DNA of 42,925 nucleotides from Pseudomonadota bacterium (GTDB lineage Bacteria; Pseudomonadota; Alphaproteobacteria; Rhodospirillales; Rhodospirillaceae): NCBI GenBank assembly GCA_023396465.1, contig JAEWWF010000386.1, positions 1 to 42,925 of the forward strand, read 5' to 3'. Shown piece by piece: positions 39,647 to 42,925 of this stretch (position 1 is its first letter; each line of letters starts with the position of its first letter). The notes under the pieces were generated by a model. It saw only the letters and a program-made list of their open reading frames with translations, ran no database searches and was not told where the DNA came from. The position numbers and the translations under genes were made by a program.

Positions 39647-41497
39647 TCATTGCGCCGCCGGGTAAGCCACCGGCGGCGCCAGGTCCACTTCCCGCGCCGT
39701 CAGGGCGCCGTCGCAGGTGATCAGGGCCAGCTTGCGCCGATGGTAGTTGTCGAGCGCCTTGTGGTGGCCGATGGTGATGAGGGTCGCCTGTGGGAACTCG
39801 GTCAGCAGCAGGTGCATCATCTCCTGTTCGCCACGGGCGTCGAGGGCGTCGGTGGCTTCCTGGAGGAAGATCCAGGTCGGCCGGTGCAGCAGCAGGCGGG
39901 CGAAGCCCAGGCGCTGCTGTTCCGAGGCCGCCAGCACCTGCTCCCACGTCTCCACCTGATCGAGCCGTGGCACCAGATGGGCGAGCCCCGCCGCCGCCAG
40001 CGCCGTCTCCACCGCTCCCGGCGGTGTGGTGTCGGGATCGCCGGGATAGGTGACGGCGCCCCGCAGGGTGCCGAGCGGCAGATAGGGGCGCTGCGGCATG
40101 AAGAAAATGCCGTCGCCGGCCGGCAACTGCATCCGGCCGCTGCCCCACGGCCACAACCCCGCCACCACCTTGAACAGCTTCACCGCCGCGCCGGGATCGC
40201 CGGAGATCAGCACCCGGTCGCCGAGCGGGATACGGGCGGTCAGGTCGCACAGCACCGGGCGGCCGTCGGGATTGGTGACGGTCAGGCCCTCGAAGGCGAG
40301 GACCGTTTCGGGGCCTTCCTCCACCCGCACGCCTCCGGCGGCCATGGTCGGGGGCGCGGTGGGGTCGGAGGTGAGGGACGCGCGGTCACGCAGGCTTTCA
40401 AGGGCGTCGTGCAGGCTTTGCACACGCTCCACCGAGGCCCGCCATTCCGCCACCTTGGCCAGGTTGTCGATGGGCCACGACAGCGCCCCCACCATGTGCT
40501 GGAAGGCCTGCGCCGTCTGCATCAGCACGCCCAGGCTGATCTGCCCGGCCATGTAGCGCGGCGCCGCCACCAGCACCGGAAACGCCTGACTGAGCACCGA
40601 CCACACGGTGGTGAAGTAGAAGATGGAGCAGAGTGCTTGGGTTTGCCGGTCCCATGCCCGCCGCAGATCCTTCCACAGACTGTCGAGGTTGCGGCGTTCG
40701 TCGTCCTCGCCGTCCAGCAGGGCGATGGCGAGCGCGTTCTCGCGGGCATGGACGAGGCCGAAGCGGAAGTTGGCTTCGTAGGTCTGACGGCGGTTCACCG
40801 CCCGCACCAGCGGTCGCCCCAGCAGCAGGGCGACGGTGGTGCCGATGGCGGCATAGATCACCGCGATCCACACCAGATGACCCGGGATGTACAGTTCCAG
40901 GCCGCCGATGCTGACCCAGGGGGAGCCCGACAGCGTCCATAGGATTTGGGTGAAGCTGACCAGCATCAGGCCGGCGAACATCAGGGAATGGGCGAGGTCG
41001 ACGGCGTATTCGGTGGCGATGCGGATGTCCTCGGCGATGCGGCCGTCGGGGTTGTCGTGCTCGCCGGGCAGGAAGGTCACCAGGTAATGGCGGCCGTCGT
41101 GCATCCACGATCCCAGCAGCCGGCGGGTCAGCCACGCCCGCCAACTGACTTGCAGGTGGCGCTTGGCCCGCAGGTGGGCGACCGTGATCAGCACGTTGGC
41201 GAGGATGATCGCCGCCAACGCCCCCAGCAAGCCGCCAAACTGGCCCAACGCCTTCTGTTCCAGGGTGTCGAACAGGCGCTGCATCCAAACGTTGATGGCA
41301 ATGGGAACGACCACCTGGAACAGCGTCAGCACCACCACCAGGGCGGTGAGCGACAGCGCCCGCCAGCGGGTGTCGCCGCGCCAGTATCCCCCGGCGAGGC
41401 GGGTGAACCGCCGCACGAAGCCCGCAGTCCGCCGTCGTCGCGACGGCGGTGCCGTCGGCGCCGGACCCGCCGCCACCGCTCCCATTCTGTCCTGCAT
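39647..41497 (-). CDS. SbmA/BacA-like (YddA/ABCD-type) fused ABC permease/NBD with degenerate ATPase motifs
   Basis: DNPDGRIAEDIR, EANFRFGLVHARENA, AGLWPWGSG and FMPQRPYLPLGTLR; Walker A, signature and Walker B are all altered. Confidence 0.9.
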   Translation of the reverse strand: MQDRMGAVAAGPAPTAPPSRRRRTAGFVRRFTRLAGGYWRGDTRWRALSLTALVVVLTLFQVVVPIAINVWMQRLFDTLEQKALGQFGGLLGALAAIILANVLITVAHLRAKRHLQVSWRAWLTRRLLGSWMHDGRHYLVTFLPGEHDNPDGRIAEDIRIATEYAVDLAHSLMFAGLMLVSFTQILWTLSGSPWVSIGGLELYIPGHLVWIAVIYAAIGTTVALLLGRPLVRAVNRRQTYEANFRFGLVHARENALAIALLDGEDDERRNLDSLWKDLRRAWDRQTQALCSIFYFTTVWSVLSQAFPVLVAAPRYMAGQISLGVLMQTAQAFQHMVGALSWPIDNLAKVAEWRASVERVQSLHDALESLRDRASLTSDPTAPPTMAAGGVRVEEGPETVLAFEGLTVTNPDGRPVLCDLTARIPLGDRVLISGDPGAAVKLFKVVAGLWPWGSGRMQLPAGDGIFFMPQRPYLPLGTLRGAVTYPGDPDTTPPGAVETALAAAGLAHLVPRLDQVETWEQVLAASEQQRLGFARLLLHRPTWIFLQEATDALDARGEQEMMHLLLTEFPQATLITIGHHKALDNYHRRKLALITCDGALTAREVDLAPPVAYPAAQ

Positions 41498-41583
41498 CCC
41501 CCAACCCGGCCGCTCGCTGCGGTCCTTCTACCACGAACGGAGTATGGCGCCGCCGTGGCCGGCGGGGAAGGGGGCGCGTGCGG

Positions 41584-42925
41584 TCAGTCCGCCGGGGCCG
41601 TCGCCTTGGTCTGCCCGACGGCGCCCACCAGGGCCGCGTAGTCGTCACGCCGCCAGTGTTCCAGCGTCGCCGCCACGTCGTCGGCGCCAAGGCCGGTGGC
41701 GGCCAGCACCTGGGCCCCGATTTGCAGGCTGGCCTCCAGGGTCTCCGGCACGGTCGCCGAGGCACCGGCCTTGCGCAGCACCGCCGACTGGGTGAGATCG
41801 CGGGCGCGGGCATGGATGGTCAGGCGCGGGAAGTGGTGGCGGATATGGGCGACGGCGCGGGCGGTGGCGGCGGGGTCGTCGGTGGTGACGACGATCAGGC
41901 GGGCGTCGGCGGCATGGGCGGCATGGAGAACCTCCGGTCGGCTGGCGTCGCCGAAGTAGACGTTCATGCTCGCGGCGCGGCCCTGCATGACACGGTCGAG
42001 GTCGCGGTCGAAGGCGATGTAGGGGCGGCCCGCCGCCTCCAGCAGCCGCGCCACCGTGCGACCGACGCGCCCGAAGCCGCAGACGATGACGTGGCCCTCG
42101 TGGCTGTGCGGCTTGGGCGGCTGTTCGGCCGGCAACTCCCGCCGCGCCGCCAGCAGCCCGCCGAGACGCGCCCCGCCGATGGCGACGAAGGGCGTCAGCG
42201 CCATGGACAGCGACACCACCAGCACCAGCATTTGCGCCGTGTCGTCGGGCAGCGCGTTGACGCCGACCGCGTAGGTGAACAGCACGAAGGCGAACTCGCC
42301 GCCCTGGGCCAGCAGGAAGGCGCCCTTCACGGCGTCGGGCAGGCCGAGGCCGAAGGCGCGGAACAGCGGAATCAGGATCGCCGCCTTCACCGCCATCAGA
42401 CCGGCCACCAGCGCGATCACCAGCCCCCAGTGTTCGCCCATCAGCCCGAAATCGACGGTCATGCCGACGGCCATGAAGAACAGCCCGAGCAGCAGGCCGC
42501 GGAACGGCTGGATATCGGCTTCCACCTGATGGCGGAACTCGCTGTCGGCCAGCAGCAGGCCGGCCAGGAAGGCGCCCAGGGCCATGGACAGGCCGACATG
42601 CTCCATCGCCAGCGCCATGCCCAGCACCACCAGCAGGGCGGTGGCGGTGAACACCTCGGCCGAGCGGGCGGCGGCGACGGCACGGAACAGCGGCCGCATG
42701 AGGAAGCGTCCGACCAGGATGGCCGCCGCCAGCACCGCCACGGCCTCGGCGGCGGCGATGCCCAGTTCCGCCGACAGCACGAATTCGGTGTCGGCCATCA
42801 GCGGCGTGACGGTCAGCAGCACCGGCACCATGAGGTCCTGCATCAGCAGCACGGCGAAGGCCGAGCGGCCCACCGCCGAAGCCAGCTCGCCGCGCTCGGC
42901 CAGCACTTGCAGCCCCATGGCGGTG
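41584..42925 (-). CDS. CPA2 family K+/H+ antiporter (KefB/KefC-like) with a TrkA-N domain; 5' end lies outside the window
   Basis: VLLMQDL, GLSMALGAFLAG, FRHQVEADIQPFRGLLLGLFF, QGGEFAFV, VIVCGFGRVG and FGDASR. Confidence 0.93.
   Translation of the reverse strand, partial: TAMGLQVLAERGELASAVGRSAFAVLLMQDLMVPVLLTVTPLMADTEFVLSAELGIAAAEAVAVLAAAILVGRFLMRPLFRAVAAARSAEVFTATALLVVLGMALAMEHVGLSMALGAFLAGLLLADSEFRHQVEADIQPFRGLLLGLFFMAVGMTVDFGLMGEHWGLVIALVAGLMAVKAAILIPLFRAFGLGLPDAVKGAFLLAQGGEFAFVLFTYAVGVNALPDDTAQMLVLVVSLSMALTPFVAIGGARLGGLLAARRELPAEQPPKPHSHEGHVIVCGFGRVGRTVARLLEAAGRPYIAFDRDLDRVMQGRAASMNVYFGDASRPEVLHAAHAADARLIVVTTDDPAATARAVAHIRHHFPRLTIHARARDLTQSAVLRKAGASATVPETLEASLQIGAQVLAATGLGADDVAATLEHWRRDDYAALVGAVGQTKATAPAD

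Overview
This is a GC-rich (~70%) alphaproteobacterial chromosome segment; the gene set and order suggest Rhodospirillales (inference). Most of it is housekeeping: folC-accD, yejABEF, hisN, holA-lptE-leuS-DUF3576 with a divergent porin, cobD, trpF-pyrF, purH, and several envelope, transport and glycan genes. The least explained part is a two-gene accessory unit at about 24562-27689. Gene A is an acidic, helical-repeat protein that probably starts at a non-canonical ATT/CTG codon. Gene B is a 613-aa protein made of two diverged copies of a GRP..G-x-HTT..GE..L[YF]D domain; its 3' half has low GC and it ends in an SV40-like basic tail. Together they are a candidate anti-eukaryote (nucleus-targeted) effector module. 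Other points of note: an in-frame amber stop in a chemoreceptor gene, an SbmA/YddA-like ABC transporter with a degenerate ATPase site next to a GH1 glucosidase, a nested symmetric TetR operator/promoter block, a structured intergenic region with alternative pairings, and a split trp-accD gene block. No rRNA, tRNA, CRISPR array, integrase or transposase was recognised. All family calls come from motif recognition by eye; no database search was run.
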